Shown: in pieces, positions 1 through 7,227 of the stretch
Layout of the letters: each line of letters starts with the position of its first letter
Numbering within the stretch: position 1 is the first letter of the stretch
DNA from: Nitrospiraceae bacterium
Lineage (GTDB): Bacteria > Nitrospirota > Nitrospiria > Nitrospirales > Nitrospiraceae
Direction: 5' to 3'
Assembly (NCBI GenBank): GCA_037442105.1
Contig: JBBIQV010000018.1
Span: 1 to 52,642, forward strand
DNA length: 52,642 nt
Made by a program: the position numbers and the translations under genes
The notes under the pieces: model-generated
Seen by the model: the letters and a program-made list of their open reading frames with translations, nothing else
Databases searched by the model: none
Told to the model about the DNA's origin: nothing

Positions 1-748
1 CCGCCGCTGATCCATCCAAGGCTAGACGTTGCCCCGGCCTGAGGTCTTTCTTGTGATCCTTGTGCTCGGTTTTCAAGTCGCCCGCGATCCCGAGTACTTC
101 TACGCTGCCCGCCAGCGGGTCGTAATAGGATACCCAAGCCCGGTCGAACGGCAAGATCTGCCCCATTTCCTGAAGAAGGGCTACCACTTTCTCCTGCAGG
201 TCCGGTGTGGCATGGGAGGGGGGAGTGGCGAACAGTTCTGCCGTCGCCGTGCCTCCGGCGACCGGCTCACTGGCGACCAGAGGACGGCTTAAGAGCACAT
301 TCGTATCAAACAGCGACTCGCGATCGAGAGCCTTGGTAATGTCCTCGCTCGCCGTCTCCATCAACGACTTCTCTTTCTTCGCAAAGGTCGCATTCTCTTT
401 ACGCCCCACGATCAAGAATCCGTAGGTGCGCTGCCGGTGGCGCAGAGGAATCCCTAGCAGGGCTTTCGCGCTCGGGGTGATCAACCGGATCCGAAAGGTT
501 TTGGAACCGTCGCCGCTCTCCGGGGATGGGAGCACACTGAGCGCAGTCTGGGAAGAGAGGGTCCGCAAGATCGCCTGGGCGTCCCGTGGCGTAAACCCTC
601 GTACCGCCTGGGCTACTAATGGACCTTGTTCTTGATGGAAGACGGCGGCGAGCGCGGTATCGACCGGTAGTTCGTTCAAGACCGACGTCAGGGTCCGCAG
701 AAGATGCGTTTCTGCCGGAACTTTAGACTGTGGTGAGGTTAGTGTCAT
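1..748 (-). CDS. GAF-like domain signalling protein, N-terminal part (runs off the window start)
   Basis: Not in the ORF track. Manual translation from ATG 748 is open to position 2 (MTLTSPQSKVPAETHLL...ALLGIPLRHRQRTYGFLIVGRKENATFAKKEKSLM...PFDRAWVSYYDP...). The LLGIPL..GFLIVG..F...E pattern is typical of GAF domains. TG-n-TACAAT lies upstream. Confidence 0.7.
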   Translation of the reverse strand, partial: MTLTSPQSKVPAETHLLRTLTSVLNELPVDTALAAVFHQEQGPLVAQAVRGFTPRDAQAILRTLSSQTALSVLPSPESGDGSKTFRIRLITPSAKALLGIPLRHRQRTYGFLIVGRKENATFAKKEKSLMETASEDITKALDRESLFDTNVLLSRPLVASEPVAGGTATAELFATPPSHATPDLQEKVVALLQEMGQILPFDRAWVSYYDPLAGSVEVLGIAGDLKTEHKDHKKDLRPGQRLALDGSAA

Positions 749-824
749 CCGAGTGCGTGTCTGCGGGTGAGCGCATTGTAACACAGTCGGGGCGGGGCAA
801 TTCAAACAAAAGGGTGATGGAGAA

Positions 825-929
825 GACTAGGCGGGAGGGTCAGGAGGTCATGGTGCTCGCGCACCCCGCACTTCAGAAAGTGCTCGGTGGACGCGCGCAG
901 TGATGACCTCCTGACCCTCCCGCCTAGTC
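825..929. repeat. Structured palindromic element, copy 1: perfect 27-bp inverted arms around a conserved 47-nt core
   Basis: Arms GACTAGGCGGGAGGGTCAGGAGGTCAT (825-851) and ATGACCTCCTGACCCTCCCGCCTAGTC (903-929). Core 854-900 is 37/47 identical to 22993-23039. Confidence 0.9.
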
Positions 930-970
930 CTAGAAAAGGTGAGTCAATAAAATACATACAGAGCTTTCGG

Positions 971-1135
971 CTAATCCGGATTCACGATTCGCGGTGGACG
1001 ATCGGGTGAGCGGAACGATTCGAGGTCTGATGGTTCCATTCTCCAGACGTTGAGGACCGTGGTGACCAGGCTGATGAGCAACCCCCCCCCCCCACGCGGA
1101 TGCGCAGAACCCGGCGACCTCGAAGCCGAGCCACT
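971..1135 (-). pseudogene. Remnant C-terminus of a YvlD/4-TMS phage-holin-family membrane protein, frameshifted at a G12 tract
   Basis: WLGFEVAGFCASAWGG, then in a shifted frame after the poly-G (C12 on + at 1082-1093) LLISLVTTVLNVWRMEPSDLESFRSPDRPPRIVNPD*. Resembles the GFxVxGFWxAxxGALxISLV end of that family. No N-terminal part is present. Confidence 0.5.
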
Positions 1136-1177
1136 TGTCGGTTGTATGGAGATGAACGATCGGCATCGGCCCGACAG

Positions 1178-1498
1178 CTACTTCGCGGCTGGTTTCCCGC
1201 CGGCGAATTGGATCTCCGTCGCGGTGATGGTCTCGCCGGTCTTGGTCGTCTCGATCACGACACGGTCGCCCACTTGCGGCAACGAGGGGGAACCTGGTTT
1301 GCCCTTGGCTCGGTAGTGCGTGGTTTCGGTGAGTTGGACGGACACGGTACTGCCCGTCGGCGTTTTGACTTCAACGTGCGTCGCGTCGATGGTTGTGACG
1401 GTTCCGAGGATGTGTTGTCCCGTTCCGTGTGCGGAGGCCGCCGTTGCGATGCCAATGAAAAACAGGGCGATGAGCAGCATTCTGAAGATCGACACCAT
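1178..1498 (-). CDS. Exported small OB-fold protein (DUF5666-like), possibly metal binding
   Basis: AAGGAG RBS before ATG 1498. Signal peptide ends ASA|HGTGQH. GTVTTID...PQVGDRVVIE...ATEIQF pattern. Confidence 0.7.
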   Translation of the reverse strand: MVSIFRMLLIALFFIGIATAASAHGTGQHILGTVTTIDATHVEVKTPTGSTVSVQLTETTHYRAKGKPGSPSLPQVGDRVVIETTKTGETITATEIQFAGGKPAAK

Positions 1499-1517
1499 GA
1501 GCTCCTTTCGTGGCAGG

Positions 1518-2138
1518 TCAGTGATGATGGCCATCGGTGACTGCGGCGCTCGCCGCATCTTCCCCTTGGAGGAACCGATCAAACGCGGCTTCCTCCTCGA
1601 GTTCTTTCTTCGTTTTCGGATTCAGGGATTTCATTTCTTCAAATTCTTCAGGGGTGAGCTGGGGCAGGTGGCGGATGAAGCGCACGAGCTTCCAACTGTC
1701 GAGATCCTTCTCCGGATCGCCCGAGCCCCATGCCGGCATGCCGGTGAACCGGATGCCGTTATGAATGATGAAAAATAGCTCTCCGTCGGACATGGATTGG
1801 GTATCTGCCAAGCGCAGATCAGGGGCTTTCGGGTACACGTTCTCGCCGATCACCGTTTTGCCGCTGCCGTCATTGGCGTGGCAGGTCGCACAGTGATCGG
1901 CGAAATGGGTCCGGGCTTCTCTTAGAATATCAGATGTCAGCGGGACCGGATTGGGTTTGTGGCGCTGTTCGATAGGAATGGCCAGGCGGCGGACTTGGCG
2001 CGCGGCAAAGACCTCCACGGGGTGCGGCTCGGCCTTGGCGCTGAAGCCGGTCTTGAACAACAGATAGCCGATCCAGCCGCCGGCGCCCAGCACCAGGAGC
2101 AGAGCCGCGACCAGCAGTGAGAACAGTGTCTTGCGCAT
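1518..2138 (-). CDS. Membrane-anchored monoheme cytochrome c
   Basis: N-terminal TM helix, CATCH heme motif, SDGELFFIIHNGIRFTGMPAWG, C-terminal DGHHH. Confidence 0.9.
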   Translation of the reverse strand: MRKTLFSLLVAALLLVLGAGGWIGYLLFKTGFSAKAEPHPVEVFAARQVRRLAIPIEQRHKPNPVPLTSDILREARTHFADHCATCHANDGSGKTVIGENVYPKAPDLRLADTQSMSDGELFFIIHNGIRFTGMPAWGSGDPEKDLDSWKLVRFIRHLPQLTPEEFEEMKSLNPKTKKELEEEAAFDRFLQGEDAASAAVTDGHHH

Positions 2139-2502
2139 CGGTGGAGACCGTCGAATCGCTCCCACTATACAAACTCTGCCGGGCGAATGCCACCAGGTTC
2201 GAATGATTCAGGAGCGATTCCGCGGCGCTCGACCTGACCGGAGGCGAGAGCCCAGCGGTTTCGGCACGGTTCTGGCTCGCAACAAATGGAAGTATTTGAG
2301 GAATTATTTTTTCGTAGAGGTATTGACACGCAACTGTATCGGGGCGTAGCGCCCTCAGCTCGAGGCCCGCCAAGCCGCACCCGGCGGGGCATCAGACAGA
2401 GGGGCGCGATGCAGCCTGTCACCGTTCGGCGAATCATCTCCGCGTCCGCGGCCCTCCCGTTGCACTCACTCACTCCTCGATCCCTCACCGCGCTGCTTAG
2501 AC

Positions 2503-2590
2503 AGCGAATAGCGAGTAGCAAACAGCTCATAGCGAATAGCTCAGAGCTACGCGCTGCTCGCTATCGGCTATTCGCTACTCGCTATCCGCT
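2503..2590. repeat. Heptamer-repeat inverted array (AGCNNNY type)
   Basis: AGCGAAT AGCGAGT AGCAAAC AGCTCAT AGCGAAT AGCTCAG / ACGCGCT GCTCGCT ATCGGCT ATTCGCT ACTCGCT ATCCGCT. Confidence 0.85.
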
Positions 2591-2600
2591 GAAGGGCCAA

Positions 2601-2630
2601 GGGGACTGGCTCCGCACGGTGCCTGTCCCC
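2601..2630. repeat. REP-like imperfect palindrome
   Basis: GGGGAC-T-GGC-T-CCG-CA-CGG-T-GCC-T-GTCCCC, with two T.T mismatches. Related copies at 3285-3319 and 3337-3379. Confidence 0.75.
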
Positions 2631-2677
2631 ATTTCTCCATCATTCCTCTTCACCCTCAACAGAAAGGAGTGTGTCTC

Positions 2678-3193
2678 ATGGTAACGCAACTCACGACAAA
2701 ACATCTGACCGGCCTCGTCTCGGCGGCCCTGGTCCTGCCCCTGGCAGGGCTCGTCCTGGCCCCGCTGGCTTTCGGAAAGATTGTATTCAACACCATTGAC
2801 CCGGTCGCCATCGTGACCGACCACGGCCGGCATCTCGTGGTGACGGGGCCGATCGCCTGCACGGAGGGGCAGCAGGCGTTCCTGCGCGTGACGGTGACGC
2901 AGCGGACCACGGGCGCCCTGGCCGAGGGCCGCACCCGCCTCACCTGCACCGGTAACATCCAGCAATGGGAAATCCATGCGTCGATCCAAGGCCAGGAGAC
3001 CTTTCGGGACGAGCCAGCCACAGCGGTTGCACTGGCTCGCACCTTCGACCGTGAGGATTCCCGCGACTGTGGGGAGTCCGACGAGGGGCGCCGCGGCAAC
3101 CATGGCCCAGGGCAGGGCAAGCGCGGCTCCGATTGTCGGGATACCGACGATGCGCACCAGTGGCTGGTCGAGATCCTGCTGGTCAGAGAGTGA
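2678..3193 (+). CDS. Hypothetical exported protein
   Basis: AAGGAG RBS, ATG 2678, hydrophobic signal segment ending AFG, four Cys, beta-rich body. Confidence 0.7.
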   Translation: MVTQLTTKHLTGLVSAALVLPLAGLVLAPLAFGKIVFNTIDPVAIVTDHGRHLVVTGPIACTEGQQAFLRVTVTQRTTGALAEGRTRLTCTGNIQQWEIHASIQGQETFRDEPATAVALARTFDREDSRDCGESDEGRRGNHGPGQGKRGSDCRDTDDAHQWLVEILLVRE

Positions 3194-3258
3194 AGGCACG
3201 CTTACGAACCGGGGGAGGCAGACGGATCGGTCTTGAGGGATTTCGTGGTTTCGGGGGC

Positions 3259-3379
3259 GCCGGGGGCGTGAGCCCCCGGCCCACGGGGACTGGCTCGCCG
3301 CTGCGGCGTGCCTGTCCCCGCTTTCGACGTTCCGAAGGGGACAGGCCCGACGCTTCGCGGAGCAGCGGGCCAGTCCACC
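3259..3379. repeat. Hairpin cluster: GNRA-loop stem plus an inverted pair of REP-like palindromes
   Basis: GCCGGGGGC-GTGA-GCCCCCGGC (3259-3280); GGGGACTGGCTCGCCG-CTG-CGGCGTGCCTGTCCCC (3285-3319); inverted copy GGGGACAGGCCCG...CGGGCCAGTCCACC (3337-3379). Lies between convergent genes. Confidence 0.75.
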
Positions 3380-3383
3380 CGTG

Positions 3384-3773
3384 TTAGGGCAGGCGAATCA
3401 GGCCCTCGATCTGTTTGAGAATGCCGGCTAAGTCTTGAGGTGAGGAGGCCACGATCCGGTCTTCCTCACCCTCGTGCTTGTGATGAGGATAGGTCGGCAG
3501 GTGCCTATCGCGGTGGTGCCGGGTGTTGTCGTACCGAAAGACCAGCTTCCCGGTCTGATCCATATATTGGTAGACATACGTCAGTCGTTCAACGGTGCTC
3601 TCGACGTCGATGAACTCTCGAAAGTGGCGCAAGGAGCCATCGCGAAAGTACATGTTCCCGCGAAGAAACCCTTCGTGGCTGCTTCGCTGGTCGTAGGTCA
3701 GCTCAGAGGATTGGATGAACGGACAGGTGTCGAGGATCTCACGGATGCATTGGAAGTAGGACTCAATTCGCAA
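3384..3773 (-). CDS. Putative toxin, DUF6516/TumE-like family
   Basis: YxYQY...LVFRYDN..HH..LPTYPHHKH motif. Overlaps the upstream small gene in typical TA layout. Confidence 0.7.
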   Translation of the reverse strand: MRIESYFQCIREILDTCPFIQSSELTYDQRSSHEGFLRGNMYFRDGSLRHFREFIDVESTVERLTYVYQYMDQTGKLVFRYDNTRHHRDRHLPTYPHHKHEGEEDRIVASSPQDLAGILKQIEGLIRLP

Positions 3774-4052
3774 TGTGCAGGTTCTGAAGCGTGGCCGCTT
3801 TCTCCCGTAGCCGCTCGATCAGGCGCCATTCCCCTTCCCACTCGACGAAGTCGAGAGTCTCCGGTATCTCGCCGGCCTCGGCGCGCCGCAGAAATTCTTC
3901 GGTCGGCATCCCGTACCGGGCTTCGAAGTCGCGCAACCGTTGTGCTGTGCGCTGAATGCCGGCCTCGACGATTCGCAATTCGTTCTGGATAGCCGACTCG
4001 ACCAACGGCTTTAGTGGATGAGAACCGGAGGAAGTGAGGTTACCTGTGTCAT
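3763..4052 (-). CDS. Cognate antitoxin-like protein (TumA-like) with a probable 1-bp frameshift near the 5' end
   Basis: RLRDFEARYGMPTEEF...LDFVEWEG motif. ATG 4052 (MTQVT) is out of frame with the body by one base. An in-frame TTG start exists at 4005. Confidence 0.6.
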
Positions 4053-4082
4053 TGCAACTCTTGTTCGGCGATACCAGTTCAC

Positions 4083-4111
4083 ATTATGGCAGCGATAGAG
4101 AATACGGTCAA
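4083..4111 (-). promoter_or_regulatory. Sigma70-like promoter of the antitoxin-toxin pair
   Basis: TTGACC-N17-CATAAT with TGn extension. Confidence 0.55.
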
Positions 4112-4139
4112 CCACGCCGTTCCGTCCCGATATCCGCGT

Positions 4140-4286
4140 CTCAACGTCCGGTCGTCCGGCTATTGGTCGGCCTCGACGCGTGCCGATAACCCGTCCCTCG
4201 CGTGGTTCGTGGACTTCCTCAATGGCAACGTGCTCTCCAGCACTAAGAGCCTCACCACCCTCGTCTGGTGTGTGCGCGGTGGGATG
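4140..4286 (+). pseudogene. Isolated C-terminal fragment of a DUF1566/Lcl (C-type lectin fold) domain, resembling a DGR variable region
   Basis: LNVRSSGYWSASTRADNPSLAWFVDFLNGNVLSSTKSLTTLVWCVRGGM matches the YWSxT...AWxVxFxxG...K....VxCVRGG pattern. The rest of the domain is absent. Confidence 0.75.
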
Positions 4287-4389
4287 CATGGAGGTGTTCG
4301 ACTCGGCGTGGACAGGTTGCCCGTGTGCGTATGATGTCGGATTCATGGGAGGAAGGTCTCTGAATGAACTGATGTTCTGGATTCTGCCG

Positions 4390-4734
4390 TTACAGACCGA
4401 GGATGATTCTCACCCGCCGTTCTATCTCTTCGATCACGCTTCCCGGCAGACTGCCGATCTCATGAGAGAATGATTCATTGGCCACGGCGATCAGTTGCCC
4501 CAGCAGCAAGTCACTGTCACGGTCAACGCCCCCTTCCCCCTTGCGAAGACGGAACCGTAGGATGCCGGGGTCTTCCACGAGTTTGCTGGTCGTCGGAATC
4601 ACGATGGTTGAAGGATAGCCGGCCTCATTCACCAGATTAGATTGCACGACCAGGGCAGGGCGAAGCTTTCCAGGTTTGGTGCGCACCCGTGGGTTGAAAT
4701 CCACCACATACAGATGTCCGCGCTTGATCTGCAT
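4390..4734 (-). CDS. mazF: PemK/MazF-family endoribonuclease toxin
   Basis: IKRGHLYVVDFNP...PGKLRPALVVQSN...TIVIPTTS...DSDLLLGQLIAV. Confidence 0.9.
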   Translation of the reverse strand: MQIKRGHLYVVDFNPRVRTKPGKLRPALVVQSNLVNEAGYPSTIVIPTTSKLVEDPGILRFRLRKGEGGVDRDSDLLLGQLIAVANESFSHEIGSLPGSVIEEIERRVRIILGL

Positions 4735-4980
4735 CTACTCTTCCGAGACCCAGCGGCCCACGGCAGCGCGGGAGAGTTCCCGGTGTTCGCGTTTGTCGGC
4801 TGCCGCGCAACGCCGGACGGACTCACGGACCTCGTGGCGTAATCGTTCCTCTGCGGTCTGGTGTTCGAGAGTCTTCAGCGCGGCTCGCAGCACCCCGGCC
4901 TTGGTCGGGATACGGAGTTCCTTCCGCAGCCGTTCGATCTGCTGTTCTTCTTTTTTCGATACCGCGATGGCTCCCATCAT
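4735..4980 (-). CDS. Antitoxin (ribbon-helix-helix-like) cognate to the MazF toxin
   Basis: About 81 aa with AAGGAG RBS, directly abutting the toxin start; TKAGVLRAAL helix. Confidence 0.7.
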   Translation of the reverse strand: MMGAIAVSKKEEQQIERLRKELRIPTKAGVLRAALKTLEHQTAEERLRHEVRESVRRCAAADKREHRELSRAAVGRWVSEE

Positions 4981-4991
4981 CACACTCCTTA

Positions 4992-5037
4992 TATGATTAC
5001 TCATAAATTGTATAAGTGATCGAAGTATCTCTGTCAA
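4992..5037 (-). promoter_or_regulatory. TA promoter with palindromic operator
   Basis: TTGACA followed by TATACAAT, then TATGA-N4-TCATA (4992-5005) just before the RBS. Confidence 0.5.
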
Positions 5038-5246
5038 CGGTCTTGCGGGTGCGTGCGCGGGGGTATGAATGCGGAGGCGTATTGAGGAATCGTGATGCGC
5101 GGGAGAGCGGTGCGCGGCGAAGAGCTAATAGCAAACAGAGGGGGAAGCGGCCAAGGGGGGGATGCCCTCTGGCCGCCGCATGACCATGTTCTGCGGGCTG
5201 AGCGATCGGTTGCAGCCTGACGGCTGAATGCCGGCGCACTGTGCGA

Positions 5247-6062
5247 TCACGACTTCACGCCGGCGGGGAGATGGCCAAGCAGTCGTAAGGCCAGCACTGT
5301 CGTGATGGGAAGATAGATCAACATCCCGGTCATGCCGAGAAGCGCTTCGCCGATCCAAAATGTCATCGCGAGGTTGAACGCCAGCACCCCATAGTAGAGA
5401 CCGACTCCAAGCAAAAGTTGCCGGGTTGTGGAGTTGCCGGTTCTGGTGGGAAGGGGATTCAGGCGGCGATCGAGCGGAAAGTAGATCGAGAGCGAGATGA
5501 GACCGACGACGGCCCAGCCGACGTAGTTGGCCACCGGGACCCCGAAATGAGCCCCAGGATCGGGGTAATAGTAGATCTTGCCGAGGAACCAGCGGTCGCC
5601 CCGCAATGCGACCGGATCGATGACGATATCGATGAACGTGAAGAAGAGGGTCGTGAGGACAACGGTCGGCCAACCGGTGCGCACAGCCAAGGGGAATTGC
5701 AGCCGGATCAGGCCTCGGTTTGCGGGTCCTGAAGCATCGGCGGCCGGCAGAAGAAACGCCAGGGCCAGGCAGTAACTGGCATACAAAAGAAACGAGAACG
5801 AGAGGGAATCCATAAAGGGAATGTTCGAAAGATACAGTTCTTGTCCAACGGTCGAACCGGTGTAGTGGTACCAGCCGAACGGGATGCCGGTGCGCGTGGA
5901 CGAGAACTCGCAGAGGAAGGCGGTCACCCAGGTGATGCCCAGGAAGGAACCGGTCCGCCGCCAGCCGATCAGGCGGCTGGCGGCGAAGAGGCAAGCGGCC
6001 AGGAAGATGAAGACATAGGGACGAAAGAGGATGGTCTTGAGGAACAGAATCGGAATGTCCAT
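5247..6062 (-). CDS. CruF-like membrane protein (carotenoid biosynthesis/DUF422 hydratase family)
   Basis: E..S.RTGIPFGWYHYT, DIVIDPVA, W.Y...G.HFGVPVANYVGW motifs; multiple TM helices. Confidence 0.8.
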   Translation of the reverse strand: MDIPILFLKTILFRPYVFIFLAACLFAASRLIGWRRTGSFLGITWVTAFLCEFSSTRTGIPFGWYHYTGSTVGQELYLSNIPFMDSLSFSFLLYASYCLALAFLLPAADASGPANRGLIRLQFPLAVRTGWPTVVLTTLFFTFIDIVIDPVALRGDRWFLGKIYYYPDPGAHFGVPVANYVGWAVVGLISLSIYFPLDRRLNPLPTRTGNSTTRQLLLGVGLYYGVLAFNLAMTFWIGEALLGMTGMLIYLPITTVLALRLLGHLPAGVKS

Positions 6063-6069
6063 AGGGAAG

Positions 6070-6134
6070 GCCGTCAGCTTTCAGCCATCAGCCGTCAGTC
6101 CTGAGCTGAATGCTGAGAGCCGATGGCCGACCGC
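6070..6134. repeat. Heptamer-repeat inverted array (GCNNTCA type)
   Basis: GCCGTCA GCTTTCA GCCATCA GCCGTCA ... CTGAATG CTGAGAG CCGATGG CCGACCG. Confidence 0.8.
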
Positions 6135-6140
6135 TTTCTG

Positions 6141-7127
6141 CTATGCATACCCGTGCGCGCGGAACCACTTCACGGCTTTTTCGAGCGCGACCTCGACCGG
6201 TGTTTGCGGCAGCCCGAGTTCGTGGATCGCTTTGGAACAGTCGTAGTGCATGTAGTACTTGGCCATCTTCACTCCTTCGAGCGGAATGCGCGGCGTGGAA
6301 TGCGTGATGTAATCGGATATGGCTTGATTGATGTATGCGAGCGGCAGCACAAACCCTCGGGGCAGCTTGACGCGAGGCGCCTTCACGCCGGTAAGCTGAC
6401 TCAGAATATCGAGGACTTCTTTCAGGGTGAGGTTCTTGTTGCCGAGGATGTATCGCTCTCCGATTCGGCCCTTCTGCATCGCGAGTAGGTGACCCGCCGC
6501 CACGTCATCCACGTCGATCAGATTCATCCCCGTTTCGATATAGGCCAGCATCCGGCCCTTCATGAAGTCCACGATAACCTGTCCCGTCGGGGTCGGCTTC
6601 ACATCGCCCTCGCCGACCGGCGCGCTCGGATTCACGATCACCACCGGCAACCCCTCGCGCGCAAGCTTCAGGACCTCCTGCTCGGCAAGATACTTGGACC
6701 GCTTGTAATCCCCCGCCATCTGCGAGAGGGATACCGGCGTCTCTTCGGTGCCCAGTCCGCCGTTCGGCGGCAACCCGATTGCGCCGATCGTACTGCAATA
6801 GACGATGCGTTCAATCCCCGCGTCGCGCGCGGCTTCCAGCACATTCCGTGTGCCGGCCACATTGACGTCGTAGAAGATCGATGGGTCTTTGGCCCACAAA
6901 GCGTAGTGAGCTGCGATGTGGTAGAGATGCCGGCATCCCGCCAGGGCTCGGCGGAGCGAGTCCCTGTCGCGTATATCGCCGTATGCACCGTCCAGCTTGA
7001 ATTGGCTGAGATTGGAGAAGTCGCTGTCGCGCCGGGCCAAGACTCTAACATCCGTACCGGCCGCAACCAACGCCCGCACGACGGCCGCGCCGATAAAGCC
7101 CGTTGCGCCTGTGACGAGAGCCTTCAT
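6141..7127 (-). CDS. hpnA: Hopanoid-associated sugar epimerase / NAD-dependent epimerase-dehydratase
   Basis: TGATGFIG, HIAAHYALW, YKRSK, NPSAPVGEGDVKPTPTG, DVAAGHLLA...GERYILG. Confidence 0.85.
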   Translation of the reverse strand: MKALVTGATGFIGAAVVRALVAAGTDVRVLARRDSDFSNLSQFKLDGAYGDIRDRDSLRRALAGCRHLYHIAAHYALWAKDPSIFYDVNVAGTRNVLEAARDAGIERIVYCSTIGAIGLPPNGGLGTEETPVSLSQMAGDYKRSKYLAEQEVLKLAREGLPVVIVNPSAPVGEGDVKPTPTGQVIVDFMKGRMLAYIETGMNLIDVDDVAAGHLLAMQKGRIGERYILGNKNLTLKEVLDILSQLTGVKAPRVKLPRGFVLPLAYINQAISDYITHSTPRIPLEGVKMAKYYMHYDCSKAIHELGLPQTPVEVALEKAVKWFRAHGYA

Positions 7128-7133
7128 AAGGAC

Positions 7134-7227
7134 GTGATGGGTGATGGGTGATGGGTGATGGGTTGGACTTGAGGGCAGATCATCCGTCTTATCTCACCTC
7201 GTCACTCATCACCGATCACTCATCACG
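7134..7227. repeat. Heptamer-repeat inverted array (GTGATGR type)
   Basis: (GTGATGG)x4 ... TCGTCAC TCATCAC CGATCAC TCATCAC, filling the ispA-hpnA gap. Confidence 0.85.

Noticed and set aside
2320..2500. Possible riboswitch in the long leader of CDS 2678
   Set aside because: GC-rich and foldable, but no riboswitch consensus recognised.
2503..2590. CRISPR array interpretation of the short repeat arrays
   Set aside because: Units are 7 bp, degenerate and lack unique spacers; no cas genes.
4086..4334. 82-aa ORF as an intact gene or as a DGR template repeat
   Set aside because: Its start overlaps an opposite-strand promoter and only the middle matches DUF1566. It has few AAC codons, so it looks like a variable region rather than a template.
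5110..5240. Possible MITE or terminator downstream of the cruF-like gene
   Set aside because: A hairpin (GCGGCCA...TGGCCGC) and partial heptamers are present, but it is single copy, with no clear U-tract or target duplication.
2500..5245. Integron cassette array (short genes, TA modules, palindromes)
   Set aside because: No integrase, genes in mixed orientation, and no paired RYYYAAC...GTTRRRY attC boxes found.
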